From: Sphingomonas bacterium
GTDB taxonomy: Bacteria; Pseudomonadota; Alphaproteobacteria; Sphingomonadales; Sphingomonadaceae
Assembly: GCF_028289855.1 (NCBI RefSeq)
Contig: NZ_JAQGKZ010000125.1
Location: forward strand, 677 to 64,676
Direction of reading: 5' to 3'
Length of the DNA stretch: 64,000 nucleotides
This document shows, in pieces, positions 25,798 to 35,799 of this stretch. Both the position numbers and the translations under genes were made by a program. Position 1 is the first letter of the stretch; every line of letters begins with the position of its first letter. Under the pieces are notes generated by a model. That model ran no database searches. It was not told where the DNA came from and worked only from the letters and a program-made list of their open reading frames with translations.

Positions 25798-26507
25798 TCG
25801 TAATCGATCTTCGGATACCAATCGGTGCCACGGCCCGCGGGCGTGGTGTCGAGCACGTTCCACAATGGCGACATTTCGGGCGCGCCGCGCGGGTCCTGCC
25901 CCGGATCCTGCGTGCCGCCCAATTCGCTGCCCCAGAAATGGCGGATCGTGCCGTTCCTGTCCTTGGTGAACACGTCGTAGGACGGCCAGTCGCCATCGTC
26001 GTGCCAGGCATTGTGATCGCGCCCGAACGCTTCCGGCGAGTCGCTGTAGAGCGGCAAGTTTCGCCAGCCACGTTCCTCGGCGAACGCCTGCATCCGCACC
26101 ACCGGAGATCGCGCGATCACCGCGAGGCCGACGCGCTGGCGGATGTCGGCGGCGTTGGCGGCCAGCGGACCGATGAACTGCGTGCACATCGGGCGCGGCC
26201 GTTCTCGCTCGGGGCCGTACATCCAGCAATAGGTGACGAGCGTGTCGTGTCCCTCGAACAGGTCGGCGAGGTGGACGGTGCCGCTTGGCCCCTCGAACGT
26301 ATAGTCCTTCGTCACCACGGGCGCTTCGGGCAAAGCGCGGCGGTGTGCGGCGACGCGTTCGAGCATGCGGCGAAGCTCGACTTCTTCGGCAATCAGCGCT
26401 GTACGCGCCTTAGCATAGGCCGCGCTCTCGCCGGGATAAAGACGGTGCGCCTTGGCGGCGAGGTCGGTCGCGGGGGTCAGTACCTTGGCGTCGGCTTCGG
26501 CCATCAT
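25794..26507 (-). CDS. DUF899 family thioredoxin-like protein
   Basis: ARTALIAEEVELRR...RRALP...YTFEGPSG.V.LADLFEG.DTLV.Y..M and the C-terminus DWYPKIDY are typical of DUF899. Confidence 0.83.
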   Translation of the reverse strand: MMAEADAKVLTPATDLAAKAHRLYPGESAAYAKARTALIAEEVELRRMLERVAAHRRALPEAPVVTKDYTFEGPSGTVHLADLFEGHDTLVTYCWMYGPERERPRPMCTQFIGPLAANAADIRQRVGLAVIARSPVVRMQAFAEERGWRNLPLYSDSPEAFGRDHNAWHDDGDWPSYDVFTKDRNGTIRHFWGSELGGTQDPGQDPRGAPEMSPLWNVLDTTPAGRGTDWYPKIDYD

Positions 26508-26548
26508 CCTTCTCCTTCGCGGATCAAACGCCCGGCGCAGCGAATCGA

Positions 26549-27547
26549 TCAGTCATCTTCATCCTCATACCCGACCAAGGCGAGCGCGCGGGCCTTGATT
26601 TGGCGAGTCATGCACCAGTGGATCAATGCTTCCTCGCGGCCGTGCGTTACCCATACTTCCTTGGGCGCGATCTCAAGCAGCGTGTCGGTCAGTTCGTCCC
26701 AATCGGCGTGGTCGCTCAGGATCAGCGGCAGCTCGACCAGCTTCTGTCGTGCGCGCTGGCGAACGCGCATCCAGCCGCTGGCCATCGCGGTGATCGGATC
26801 GGGCAGGCGGCGAGACCAGCGGTCGTTGAGCGCCGAGGGCGGCGATATGACGAGGCGGCCCTGCAACTCCGCCTTGGGCACGCCGGTCGCCAGCCGCAAT
26901 TCACCCAGATCGACGCCGAGTTCGACATACAGATCGCACAGCCGTTGCAGAGCGCCGTGGATGTAGATCGGATCGTCGAACCCCATGTCGCGCAGCTCGC
27001 GGATCACACGCTGCGCCTTGCCCAGCGCGTACGCGCCGACCAGCACGCAGCGGTCGGGATTGGCCCGCAACGCAGCGAGCAACTTGTCCATTTCGTCGTG
27101 CGTGTCGGGGTGGCGGAACACGGGCAGGCCGAAGGTCGCCTCGGTGACGAAGATGTCGCATTTGACCGGCACGAACCGCGCGCAGGTCGGGTCGGGGCGG
27201 CGCTTGTAGTCGCCCGACACGACGATCGTCTCGCCGCGATATTTGAGCACGATCTGGGCGGAGCCCAGAACGTGCCCCGCGGGAACGAACGACACTTCGA
27301 CCCCGCCCATGTCGAGGATCTGGCCGTAGTCGACCGGATGCCCGGCCTGCGGGCCATAGCGCGTGTCCATGATCGCCAGCGTCTCGGGCGTCGCCCATAC
27401 CGCCGCATGCCCGCCGCGCGCGTGGTCGGCATGGCCGTGCGTGACGAGCGCGCGCGGGCTCGGCACGGACGGGTCGATCCACGCGTCGGCGGGCTTCACG
27501 TAAATGCCGTGGGGCTTGGGATCGATCCAGTCGCCGAGCTTGGCCAT
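26549..27547 (-). CDS. ligase-associated DNA damage response exonuclease (MBL/beta-CASP fold)
   Basis: MAKLGDWIDPKPHGIYVKPADAWIDP... with the HGHADH motif. ATG at 27547 is preferred because the longer ORF runs into a repeat. Confidence 0.85.
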   Translation of the reverse strand: MAKLGDWIDPKPHGIYVKPADAWIDPSVPSPRALVTHGHADHARGGHAAVWATPETLAIMDTRYGPQAGHPVDYGQILDMGGVEVSFVPAGHVLGSAQIVLKYRGETIVVSGDYKRRPDPTCARFVPVKCDIFVTEATFGLPVFRHPDTHDEMDKLLAALRANPDRCVLVGAYALGKAQRVIRELRDMGFDDPIYIHGALQRLCDLYVELGVDLGELRLATGVPKAELQGRLVISPPSALNDRWSRRLPDPITAMASGWMRVRQRARQKLVELPLILSDHADWDELTDTLLEIAPKEVWVTHGREEALIHWCMTRQIKARALALVGYEDEDD

Positions 27548-27614
27548 GCATCCTATATGGATGGGATGCGCTTGAGTTCCATCCTGTTGATACGATGTGC
27601 TCGCCCCCAAGCTA

Positions 27615-27707
27615 CCGTCTCCCTGAACTTGTTTCAGGGGCCATCGTGCAACGGGCGACGGCGTCGGTTGAGGCGCGTTGGATGCTGAAACAAGTTCAGC
27701 ATGACGG
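27615..27707. repeat. MITE-like intergenic element with terminal inverted repeats, copy 2
   Basis: Left end CCGTCTCCCTGAACTTGTTTCAGG. Right end GCTGAAACAAGTTCAGCATGACGG. Homologous to 7904-8001. Confidence 0.6.
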
Positions 27708-30120
27708 ATTGAGGGAGGTATTGCCCCAACCCCTGACCGACTGGTTCGCGTCGCGCGGCTGGGCGCCGCGGCGGCATCAGCTCGAGATGCTCGATGCCGC
27801 GCGCGCCGGGCGTCACGCGCTGCTCGTCGCGGCGACCGGCGCGGGCAAGACGCTCGCCGGCTTTCTGCCGACGCTGACCGAATTGATCGAGGTACCGCAG
27901 GACGGCCTGCACACCCTTTACGTCTCGCCGCTCAAGGCGCTCGCGGTGGACGTGCAGCGCAACCTGCTGACGCCGGTCGACGAGATGGACCTCGATATCC
28001 GCATCGAGACGCGCACCGGCGACACGCCCTCCGACCGCAAGGCGCGGCAAAGGATCAAGCCGCCCAACATCCTGCTGACCACGCCCGAATCCCTGTCGCT
28101 GCTGCTCAGCTATCCCGACAGTTTCTTGATGTTCGCAGGCCTGAAGCGCGTCGTCGTCGACGAGGTCCACGCCTTCGCCAACGGCAAGCGCGGCGACTTG
28201 CTCAACCTCTGCCTGTCGCGGCTTCAGGCGATCGCGCCAGCGATGCGCCGGGTGGCGCTGTCGGCGACGGTCGCCGATCCCGATGACTACCGCGCCTGGC
28301 TCGCCCCCGATGGCGATATCGACCAGGTGCGGCTGGTGCTCGGCGAACCGGGCGCCGAGCCGAACATCTCGATCCTGCTGCCCGAAGGCCGCGTGCCGTG
28401 GTCGGGCCATTCGGGACGCTACGCCGCCGAACAGGTGATGGCGGAGATCGAGACTTGCCGCACCACGATCGTGTTCTGCAACACGCGCAGTCTGGCCGAA
28501 TTGATCTTCCAGGATCTGTGGAAAGCCAATGCGATGTCGCTGCCGATCGGCATCCATCACGGGTCGCTCAGCCGCGAGGCGCGGCGCAAGGTCGAAGGCG
28601 CGATGGCCGACGGCAAGTTGCGCGGGCTGGTCGCGACCGCCAGCCTCGATTTGGGCGTCGATTGGGGCGACGTCGATTGCGTGATCCAGATGGGCGCGCC
28701 CAAGGGATCGTCGCGGCTCCTCCAGCGGATCGGCCGCGCCAACCACCGGCTCGACGAATCGTCAGAGGCGATCGTCGTCCCCGGCAACCGTTTCGAATAT
28801 CTGGAAGCGCGTGCGGCGCTCGACGCGGTCGAAGAAGGCGCGCTCGACGCCGACCCGTTCCGCCCCGGCAGCCTTGACGTACTCGCGCAGCACATCATGG
28901 CGTGCGCGTGCGCCGCGCCGTTCAAGGCAGAGGAATTGCTCGGCGAGTTGCAAGGGTCGCTGCCCTATTCTGCGCTCGACGCCGAGACGTTCGAGCGCGT
29001 GCTGAGCTTCATCCGCGACGGCGGCTATGCGCTGAAGGCGTACGACCGGTTCAAGCGACTGACGCAGGAGGCCGATGGGACGTGGCGGGTCAGCCACCCG
29101 CGGTTCGTCACGCAACACCGCCTCAACGCCGGGATCATCGTCGAGGCGACGATGCTCAACGTGCGGTTCAAGAACGGACGGCTGCTCGGCAAGGTCGAGG
29201 AAGGGTTCGGCGCGACGCTGTCGATCGGCGACACCTTCTTTTTCGCCGGGATTAGCTGCGAAGTGTTGCGCATGGACCTCGAGGATCTGGTGGTCCGCGC
29301 CAGCACGAGGCCGGCACGTATCCCAACCTATGGCGGCGCGCGAATGCCGCTGTCGACCAACCTCGCCGACCGCGTGCGTGGGTTCCTGGCGAACCCGTCC
29401 GAATGGCGGCGCTTCCCCGACGACGTGCGCGAATGGCTCGAAGTGCAGGGCTGTCGTTCGACCTTGCCCGAGCCCGGGCAATTGCTGGTCGAAACCTTCC
29501 CGCGCGAGGGAAGGCACTACATGGTCGCGTACAGTTTCGAAGGATGGAACGCGCACCAGTCGCTCGGCATGCTGGTGACTCGGCGAATGGAGACGCTGGG
29601 CCTCAAACCGCTTGGCTTCGTCGCGAACGACTATGCGATCGCTTGTTACGGGCTCGAAAAGGTCACCGATCCGGCGTCGTTGTTCTCGTCCGACATTCTC
29701 GAAAACGAATTTGTCGACTGGGTGCAAAGCTCGCATTTGCTCAAGCGCGCGTTTCGCGAAGTCGCGGTGATCGGCGGACTGGTCGAGCGCCAGCATCCCG
29801 GTAAGCGCAAGACGGGCAAGCAAGTCACCTTCTCGACCGACTTGATCTACGACGTGCTGCGCAAGTACGAGCCCGGCCATTTGCTGCTCCAGGCCGCTTG
29901 GGCCGATGCTCGGGCGCGGATGACCGACGTTGGCCGTCTTGCCGATTTGCTCGACCGCGCCGGCGACACGATGCTCCATGTCGATCTCGATCGCATCTCC
30001 CCGCTCGCCGTTCCGGTACTGACGCTGATCGGCCGCGAGCGCGTCGCGACGGGGACGGCGGACGATCAGTTGCTTGCCGAAGCCGAGGTTCTGGCGCGCG
30101 AGGCGATGCGGCTGGATTGA
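27682..30120 (+). CDS. lhr: ligase-associated DNA damage response DEXH-box helicase (Lhr-like)
   Basis: Motif I ATGAGKT. Motif II VVVDEVHAF. Long Lhr-type C-terminal domain. The start is uncertain (ATG 27682 lies inside the repeat; TTG 27721 follows GGGAGG). Confidence 0.9.
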   Translation: MLKQVQHDGLREVLPQPLTDWFASRGWAPRRHQLEMLDAARAGRHALLVAATGAGKTLAGFLPTLTELIEVPQDGLHTLYVSPLKALAVDVQRNLLTPVDEMDLDIRIETRTGDTPSDRKARQRIKPPNILLTTPESLSLLLSYPDSFLMFAGLKRVVVDEVHAFANGKRGDLLNLCLSRLQAIAPAMRRVALSATVADPDDYRAWLAPDGDIDQVRLVLGEPGAEPNISILLPEGRVPWSGHSGRYAAEQVMAEIETCRTTIVFCNTRSLAELIFQDLWKANAMSLPIGIHHGSLSREARRKVEGAMADGKLRGLVATASLDLGVDWGDVDCVIQMGAPKGSSRLLQRIGRANHRLDESSEAIVVPGNRFEYLEARAALDAVEEGALDADPFRPGSLDVLAQHIMACACAAPFKAEELLGELQGSLPYSALDAETFERVLSFIRDGGYALKAYDRFKRLTQEADGTWRVSHPRFVTQHRLNAGIIVEATMLNVRFKNGRLLGKVEEGFGATLSIGDTFFFAGISCEVLRMDLEDLVVRASTRPARIPTYGGARMPLSTNLADRVRGFLANPSEWRRFPDDVREWLEVQGCRSTLPEPGQLLVETFPREGRHYMVAYSFEGWNAHQSLGMLVTRRMETLGLKPLGFVANDYAIACYGLEKVTDPASLFSSDILENEFVDWVQSSHLLKRAFREVAVIGGLVERQHPGKRKTGKQVTFSTDLIYDVLRKYEPGHLLLQAAWADARARMTDVGRLADLLDRAGDTMLHVDLDRISPLAVPVLTLIGRERVATGTADDQLLAEAEVLAREAMRLD

Positions 30121-30159
30121 GGAGTCTTTGGTCCGCTCACGCGGATGGCGGTACCGCGC

Positions 30160-30182
30160 CTGTTCCGGCATGGCCGGAACAG
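30160..30182 (+). terminator. perfect 10-bp hairpin downstream of lhr
   Basis: CTGTTCCGGC-ATG-GCCGGAACAG. There is no U-tract, so a terminator function is tentative. Confidence 0.3.
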
Positions 30183-30237
30183 CACGAACTGTATTATCCG
30201 CTTGGTACGCATTCCGAACGAGCGTACACTTGCGATC

Positions 30238-31218
30238 ATGCGCAGGTTGGGATTCTGTGTAGCGGTCGCGGCAAGCGCAATGGCGATGCCGCTCCTCGCT
30301 TGGGGCGGTCAGCCACAAAAGGATGCCGGCTTGCCCGCGTCCGCAGCGCAACCCGCGTCGGCGCCCGCCGAAACGCTCGGCTTCGGCACCCTCGCCAACC
30401 GTATGACGGTGCCGGTATCGGTTGACGGCAAGGGGCCGTACGCCTTCATCGTCGACACCGGCGCGGAACGATCCGCGGTGTCGCGCGAGCTTGCCGACAC
30501 GCTTGGGCTCGATGCCGGGTCGCGCGCGCGATTGTTCGATTTCGCCGGGTCGAGCACGGTCAACACCGTCAAGGTCCCGTCGCTCACCGCAGGCTCGCTC
30601 AGCACCGCCGCGATCGAGGCGCCGGCGCTTGCCGAGGCCAATCTGGGCGCGTCGGGGATGCTGGGCATCGATGCCTTGCAGGGCCGCCGCATCATCATCG
30701 ACTTCGACAACAACCGGATGACGCTGGCCCCGGCCAAGCGGCATCCCCAGGGTGAGATTCTGGTCAGCGCCGAAGCCAGGCTCGGCCAGCTGATCGTCAC
30801 CAAGGCGTCGTTCGAAGGGCATCCGATCGAGGTCGTGATCGATACCGGGTCGTGGATCAGCGTCGGCAACAAGGCGATGCTGGCGCTCGCCCGGCGCAAA
30901 CCCCGCATGATCGGGCCGGTCACGACTTTTTCGGTTACGGGCCGGTCGTTCGACACCGATTACGTCATGATCAACGATGTCCGGATCGGCGATATCCGGT
31001 TCGACAGTTTCGGGCTGTCGTTCGCCGATGCGCCGCCGTTCGCCAGATTGGGGCTCGCCGACAAGCCGGCACTGATCCTGGGGATGAGCTCGCTCCGCAT
31101 GTTCCGCCGGCTCGAGATGGATTTTGTCAATCGGGAAATCGCCTTCACGTTGCCGCGCGCGACTAAAATCGATTTCCGCGATACGTGCCGCACCCTCGCG
31201 AATTGCAAAAGACTGTGA
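30238..31218 (+). CDS. secreted two-domain retropepsin-like aspartic protease, paralog 1
   Basis: Signal peptide. Two DTG sites (FIVDTGAERSAVS and VVIDTGSWISVGN). GMLGIDAL and LGMSSL flap-like blocks. Confidence 0.75.
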   Translation: MRRLGFCVAVAASAMAMPLLAWGGQPQKDAGLPASAAQPASAPAETLGFGTLANRMTVPVSVDGKGPYAFIVDTGAERSAVSRELADTLGLDAGSRARLFDFAGSSTVNTVKVPSLTAGSLSTAAIEAPALAEANLGASGMLGIDALQGRRIIIDFDNNRMTLAPAKRHPQGEILVSAEARLGQLIVTKASFEGHPIEVVIDTGSWISVGNKAMLALARRKPRMIGPVTTFSVTGRSFDTDYVMINDVRIGDIRFDSFGLSFADAPPFARLGLADKPALILGMSSLRMFRRLEMDFVNREIAFTLPRATKIDFRDTCRTLANCKRL

Positions 31219-32162
31219 AGCGGGTGCTGTTTTGCGGGCTGGCGATCGCCGCGATCACGGTGCCGCTGTTCGCCCAGAACGCCAAGCTGCCGCCGACCGC
31301 GCCGGTCGATTCCGCCGCCGCCGCGCCCGAAACCGTCGGCCTAGGGGTCGACGACAGCCGTATGACCGTTCCGGTGTCGATCGGCGCGAGCGGCCCCTAT
31401 CGCTTCATCATCGACACCGGGTCCGAGCGCACGGTGGTGTCGCGCGAACTGGCGGGTTCGCTCAACCTCGCCGCCGGGCGCCGCGTCCGCGTGACCACGA
31501 TGACCGGGCAGGGCGAGCTTGGCACGTTCCTGTTGCCGGCGCTCCAGGTCAGCATGGTCAGGCCCGATACGCTCGAAGCTCCGGCGGTCTCCGCCGCCAA
31601 TCTCGGCGCGCCGGGGATGCTCGGGATCGACGCGCTCAAGGGTCATGCCGTCGCGATCGATTTCGACCGCAATTTGATGGAGGTCCGCCCGGCGAGGAAG
31701 CGCGGCGCCGCGGTCGGCCCGGACGATATCGTGATCCGTGCCAAGAATCTCTACGGCCAGCTGATCGTCACCGACGCCAGTTATCGCGGGCGGCGGATTT
31801 CGGTCGTGATCGACACCGGCTCGCCGGTGACAATCGGCAATCTCGCGTTGCTGAAGCGAGTCCGCACCGAAAAGTCGCTGGGCATGATTTCACTGATGTC
31901 GGTAACCGGACAGATGCTGCAGGCGGATTACCGCATCATCGACTCGCTCAGCATCGCCGGGGTCAGTTTCACGGGCGTGCCGATCGGTTTCGCCGATGCG
32001 TTGCCGTTCAAGCGGTTCGGGCTGACCAATACCCCCGCGCTGATGCTGGGGATGGACACGCTGAAGCTATTCCGCCGCGTGCAGATCGACTTCGCCAACC
32101 GCGAGATTCGCCTGACCCTGCCCAAATCGGTGATCGTCCAGTCGCAGTTCCGGTTTCAATAG
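31185..32162 (+). CDS. secreted two-domain retropepsin-like aspartic protease, paralog 2
   Basis: FIIDTGSERTVVS and VVIDTGSPVTIGN. Colinear with paralog 1. An alternative GTG start at 31215 would give a GTGA overlap with the upstream stop. Confidence 0.75.
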   Translation: MPHPRELQKTVKRVLFCGLAIAAITVPLFAQNAKLPPTAPVDSAAAAPETVGLGVDDSRMTVPVSIGASGPYRFIIDTGSERTVVSRELAGSLNLAAGRRVRVTTMTGQGELGTFLLPALQVSMVRPDTLEAPAVSAANLGAPGMLGIDALKGHAVAIDFDRNLMEVRPARKRGAAVGPDDIVIRAKNLYGQLIVTDASYRGRRISVVIDTGSPVTIGNLALLKRVRTEKSLGMISLMSVTGQMLQADYRIIDSLSIAGVSFTGVPIGFADALPFKRFGLTNTPALMLGMDTLKLFRRVQIDFANREIRLTLPKSVIVQSQFRFQ

Positions 32163-32235
32163 CGCCGCCGGTTGCCAGCCCTGCGATTTGCCGCTCTATT
32201 CCCGTCACGATCGATAGCGTCTTTGGGGGGTTGGC

Positions 32236-33645
32236 ATGCGTGGCATAGGATGGATCGTCGCGGCGGCGTTGATCGGGCAATCGGCGGGCGCGAGCGCGGC
32301 GGACGAACGTCGCCCCGACCAGCAAGCCTTCTTCGCGCTGTACAAGGAACTGGTCGAGACCAACACCGCGGTCGATGTCGGCAATTGCACGCAGGCGGCG
32401 GCGCAGATCGCGGCGCGGATGAAGGCGGCGGGCTATACCGATCAGGAACTTACGCCCTTTTCGGTCCCCGATCATCCCAATGACGGCGGGCTGGTCGCGG
32501 TGCTCAAGGGGAGCGATGCCAAAGCCAAGCCGATGCTGCTGCTCGGCCATATCGACGTCGTCGCCGCGAAGCGCGAGGATTGGGTGCGCGATCCATTCAA
32601 GCTGATCGAGGAAGGCGGCTATTATTACGGCCGCGGCACCGTCGACGACAAGGCGATGGCGGCGATCTGGGCCGACGCGATGATCCGCTTCAAGCAATCG
32701 GGCTACAAGCCCAAGCGCACGATCAAGCTGGCGCTGACGTGCGGCGAGGAAACCACCTACGCGTTCAACGGCGCAGAGTGGCTGGCCAAGAACAAGCCCG
32801 ATCTGATCGCTGCCGAGTTCGCGCTCAACGAGGGTGGCGGCGGGCGCTACAACGCCAAGGGCGAGCGCGAATTGCTGGCGATCCAGGTGGGCGAGAAGGC
32901 GGCGCAGAACTTCACCTTCACCACCACCAATCCCGGCGGGCACAGCTCTCAGCCGGTGCCCGACAACGCGATCTACGAGCTGGCCGATGCGATCAATCGC
33001 GTGCGAACCTACGAATTCCCGATCAAGTTCACCGACACGACGCGCGCGTTCTTCGGGATGGTGGCGAAAGCGCCGACCACGCCCAGGCCGGTAAGCGAGT
33101 CGATCACCACGCTGCTCGCCAATCCCAACGACGCTGCGGCCGACAAGATCGTCAGCATGGATAAGGCGATGCATTCGACCTTGCGTACAACGTGCGTCGC
33201 GACCTTGCTGAAAGCGGGCCATGCCGAAAACGCGCTGCCGCAAAAGGCGACCGCCAATATCAATTGCCGGATTTTCCCGGGCGAGAGCGTCGACGAAACG
33301 CTCGCCAAATTGAAGGAACTGGCCGGGCCGAAGGTCACCGTGACCGCCAACATGCCGATCCGCCCGATCGGCATTCCGCCCCGGCTCGACCCCAAGATTA
33401 CCGGTCCGATGACGACGCTTGCGGCCAAATATTTCCCCGGCGTGCCGCTCTTGCCGTCGATGTCGACCGGCGCGACCGACGGCATCTTCCTGGAGGCGAT
33501 CGGTATTCCGGTCTACGGTGCGCCGGGCATCTTCATCGACAGCGATTTCAGCGGGGTTCACGGGCTGAACGAGCGGATCCGCGTGGAGTCGCTCTATGCC
33601 GGGCGAGATTATCTGTTCGATCTGGTGAAGGCGTACGCGGGATAG
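32236..33645 (+). CDS. M20/M25/M40 family metallopeptidase, secreted
   Basis: Signal peptide. LLLGHIDVV and GRGTVDDKAMAA metal-binding motifs. Confidence 0.85.
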   Translation: MRGIGWIVAAALIGQSAGASAADERRPDQQAFFALYKELVETNTAVDVGNCTQAAAQIAARMKAAGYTDQELTPFSVPDHPNDGGLVAVLKGSDAKAKPMLLLGHIDVVAAKREDWVRDPFKLIEEGGYYYGRGTVDDKAMAAIWADAMIRFKQSGYKPKRTIKLALTCGEETTYAFNGAEWLAKNKPDLIAAEFALNEGGGGRYNAKGERELLAIQVGEKAAQNFTFTTTNPGGHSSQPVPDNAIYELADAINRVRTYEFPIKFTDTTRAFFGMVAKAPTTPRPVSESITTLLANPNDAAADKIVSMDKAMHSTLRTTCVATLLKAGHAENALPQKATANINCRIFPGESVDETLAKLKELAGPKVTVTANMPIRPIGIPPRLDPKITGPMTTLAAKYFPGVPLLPSMSTGATDGIFLEAIGIPVYGAPGIFIDSDFSGVHGLNERIRVESLYAGRDYLFDLVKAYAG

Positions 33646-33706
33646 GTCGGGAGCAGCGGCGCGAAGTGAATTCGCGCCGTCGGCCGACGCGGTGCGTCGC
33701 CAGCCA

Positions 33707-33756
33707 GGCTCACCGCATAGACGCGAAATAGCGCGGCTATTTCGCCGCGGTGAGCC
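33707..33756. terminator. compound hairpin between convergent genes
   Basis: Outer stem GGCTCACCGC/GCGGTGAGCC encloses inner stem GCGAAATAGC/GCTATTTCGC. It touches the kup stop codon. Confidence 0.4.
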
Positions 33757-35687
33757 TAAACCGTAACCTGCTCGCCCAGTTCGAGCACCTTGCCCGGCGG
33801 GATGCGCAGGAAGTCGGTGGGGTCGCTGGCGTTCCTTTGCAGGAACATGAAGATGCGGTCCTGCCATAACGGCATGCCGACCTCGGCATCGGGTTTCAGC
33901 GTGTTGCGGCCGATGAAATAGCTTGCCTTCATCGGATCGAGGTCGAGCAGCCCGGCCTTGGCCGCGACCGCCAGATCGTGCGGCACGTCCGGGCTTTCCA
34001 TAAAGCCATAGCGCAGTACGACGACGCTGAAATTGTCGTCGAGCCGCTTGATCTCGCAGCGGTCGTTCGCCGACACCTGCGGCTGGTCGCTGGTCTTGAC
34101 CGACGCGATCAAATTGGTCACGTGGAGCACCTTGTTGTGCTTCAGATTGTGGAGCAGCGCGCCCGGCGCCGCCGCCGGGCTACCGGTCAGGAAGATCGCG
34201 GTCCCCTCGACCCGTTCGGGCGGGCGGCGATTCAGCGCGGCGGCGAGATCGGCTAGCGGGATGCTCTGGCGTTGCTCGAACGTGCGCACGATGCTCTTGC
34301 CGCGCACCCAGGTGAAGATCGTGAAGCCGATGCACGCCGCGATCACCAGCGGCACCCAACCGCCCTCGACCACGCGCAAGATGTTGGCGCCGAAGAAGAT
34401 CAGGTCGAGCGTCAGGAACGGCAGGATCACCGCCAGTGCCCAAGGTCGCGACCAGCGCCAGCGGTGGCGCACGACGATGTAGGCGAGGCAGGTGGTGACT
34501 ACCATCGTGCCGGTCACCGCGATGCCGTATGCCGCCGCCATCGCCGACGAGGTGCGGAACTGGATCACCAGCACCAGCACGCCGACCAGCAGCAGCCAGT
34601 TGATCGAGGGCAGATAGATTTGTCCGGCATAATCGGCCGAGGTGTTGCGGACCCGCAGGCGCGGCAACAGCCCGAGCTGGACCGCCTGCTGGGTCAGCGA
34701 ATAGGCGCCGGTGATCACCGCCTGGCTGGCGATGATCGTCGCCAGCATCGCGAGGACGATCAGCAGCGGCCGCACATTCTCGGGCGCCATCAGGAAGAAC
34801 CAGTCGGCATTGGCGAAATGCTGGCCGGCGGCGTTGACCGCCTCCAATTTGTTGAGCGCATAGGCCCCTTGGCCGAGATAGTTGAGCGCCAGCGCCGGCC
34901 ACACCAACGCGAACCAGCCGAGCCGGATCGGCTTCAAACCGAAATGCCCCATATCGGCGGTCAGCGCCTCGACCCCCGTCACCGTCAGGAACACCGCACC
35001 GAGCACGAACAGCCCGAGCACGCCGTGGGTGGCGAGGAATTTGACCGCCTCCCACGGGTTGAACGCCCACAGGATGCCGGGCTCGTCCATGATGTGCCAC
35101 AGCCCGAGCGCGCCGATCACGACGAACCACAGGATGCAGACCGGGCCGAACAGCGCCGACACGCGCGCGGTGCCACGCGACTGGATCAGGAACAGACCGA
35201 TCAGGATGCCGATCGTGATCCCCATGATCACGCCCTCGCCGATCGCATTCGAAGCGCCGGGCAGCGTGCGTAACCCCTCGACCGCGGATAGCACCGACAG
35301 CGCCGGGGTGATCATCGCGTCGCCGTAGAACAGTGCCGCGCCGGCCGCGCCGAGCACGATCGCGGTGCGCGATCGCCAACCGAGCGCGCGCCGCGCCAGC
35401 GCTGCCAGCGCCAGCACGCCGCCCTCGCCGCGATTGTTCGCGCGCATCAGGAACAGCACGTATTTGACCGTGACGACGAGGAACAGCGACCACAAGGCGA
35501 GGCTGAGCACGCCCAATATCTCGTCGGCCTCGAGCCCGTCGGCGGCGGCCTGGCCGAGCGCCTCGCGAAACGCATAGAGCGGGCTCGTCCCGATATCGCC
35601 GAACACGACGCCGATCGCGCCGATCGTCAAGCCCAGCAATATTTTGGGGGGCATCGCGCCCTTGGACGCTTTGGCACCGGATGACAT
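33756..35687 (-). CDS. kup: potassium transporter Kup
   Basis: GAIGVVFGDIGTSPLYAFREA signature. About 12 TM helices plus a cytoplasmic C-terminal domain. ATG at 35687. Confidence 0.93.
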   Translation of the reverse strand: MSSGAKASKGAMPPKILLGLTIGAIGVVFGDIGTSPLYAFREALGQAAADGLEADEILGVLSLALWSLFLVVTVKYVLFLMRANNRGEGGVLALAALARRALGWRSRTAIVLGAAGAALFYGDAMITPALSVLSAVEGLRTLPGASNAIGEGVIMGITIGILIGLFLIQSRGTARVSALFGPVCILWFVVIGALGLWHIMDEPGILWAFNPWEAVKFLATHGVLGLFVLGAVFLTVTGVEALTADMGHFGLKPIRLGWFALVWPALALNYLGQGAYALNKLEAVNAAGQHFANADWFFLMAPENVRPLLIVLAMLATIIASQAVITGAYSLTQQAVQLGLLPRLRVRNTSADYAGQIYLPSINWLLLVGVLVLVIQFRTSSAMAAAYGIAVTGTMVVTTCLAYIVVRHRWRWSRPWALAVILPFLTLDLIFFGANILRVVEGGWVPLVIAACIGFTIFTWVRGKSIVRTFEQRQSIPLADLAAALNRRPPERVEGTAIFLTGSPAAAPGALLHNLKHNKVLHVTNLIASVKTSDQPQVSANDRCEIKRLDDNFSVVVLRYGFMESPDVPHDLAVAAKAGLLDLDPMKASYFIGRNTLKPDAEVGMPLWQDRIFMFLQRNASDPTDFLRIPPGKVLELGEQVTV

Positions 35688-35799
35688 GGAATCGTTGGCC
35701 TGCCGAGAAGGACGGCGCGCTTTACGCTTGTTGGCGCGCCATGCAAGCGCCTTTCGCGGTGCCTTCGCAAGCGATTGATCCAGCGGCGCGATTGCGGCA

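Noticed and set aside
27560-27585. GTTC-N7-TTGA in the exonuclease/lhr intergenic region as a possible alphaproteobacterial LexA (GTTC-N7-GTTC) box.
   Set aside because: The second half-site does not match the consensus. I found no better match upstream of the ligase or pdeM, so I make no SOS-box claim.
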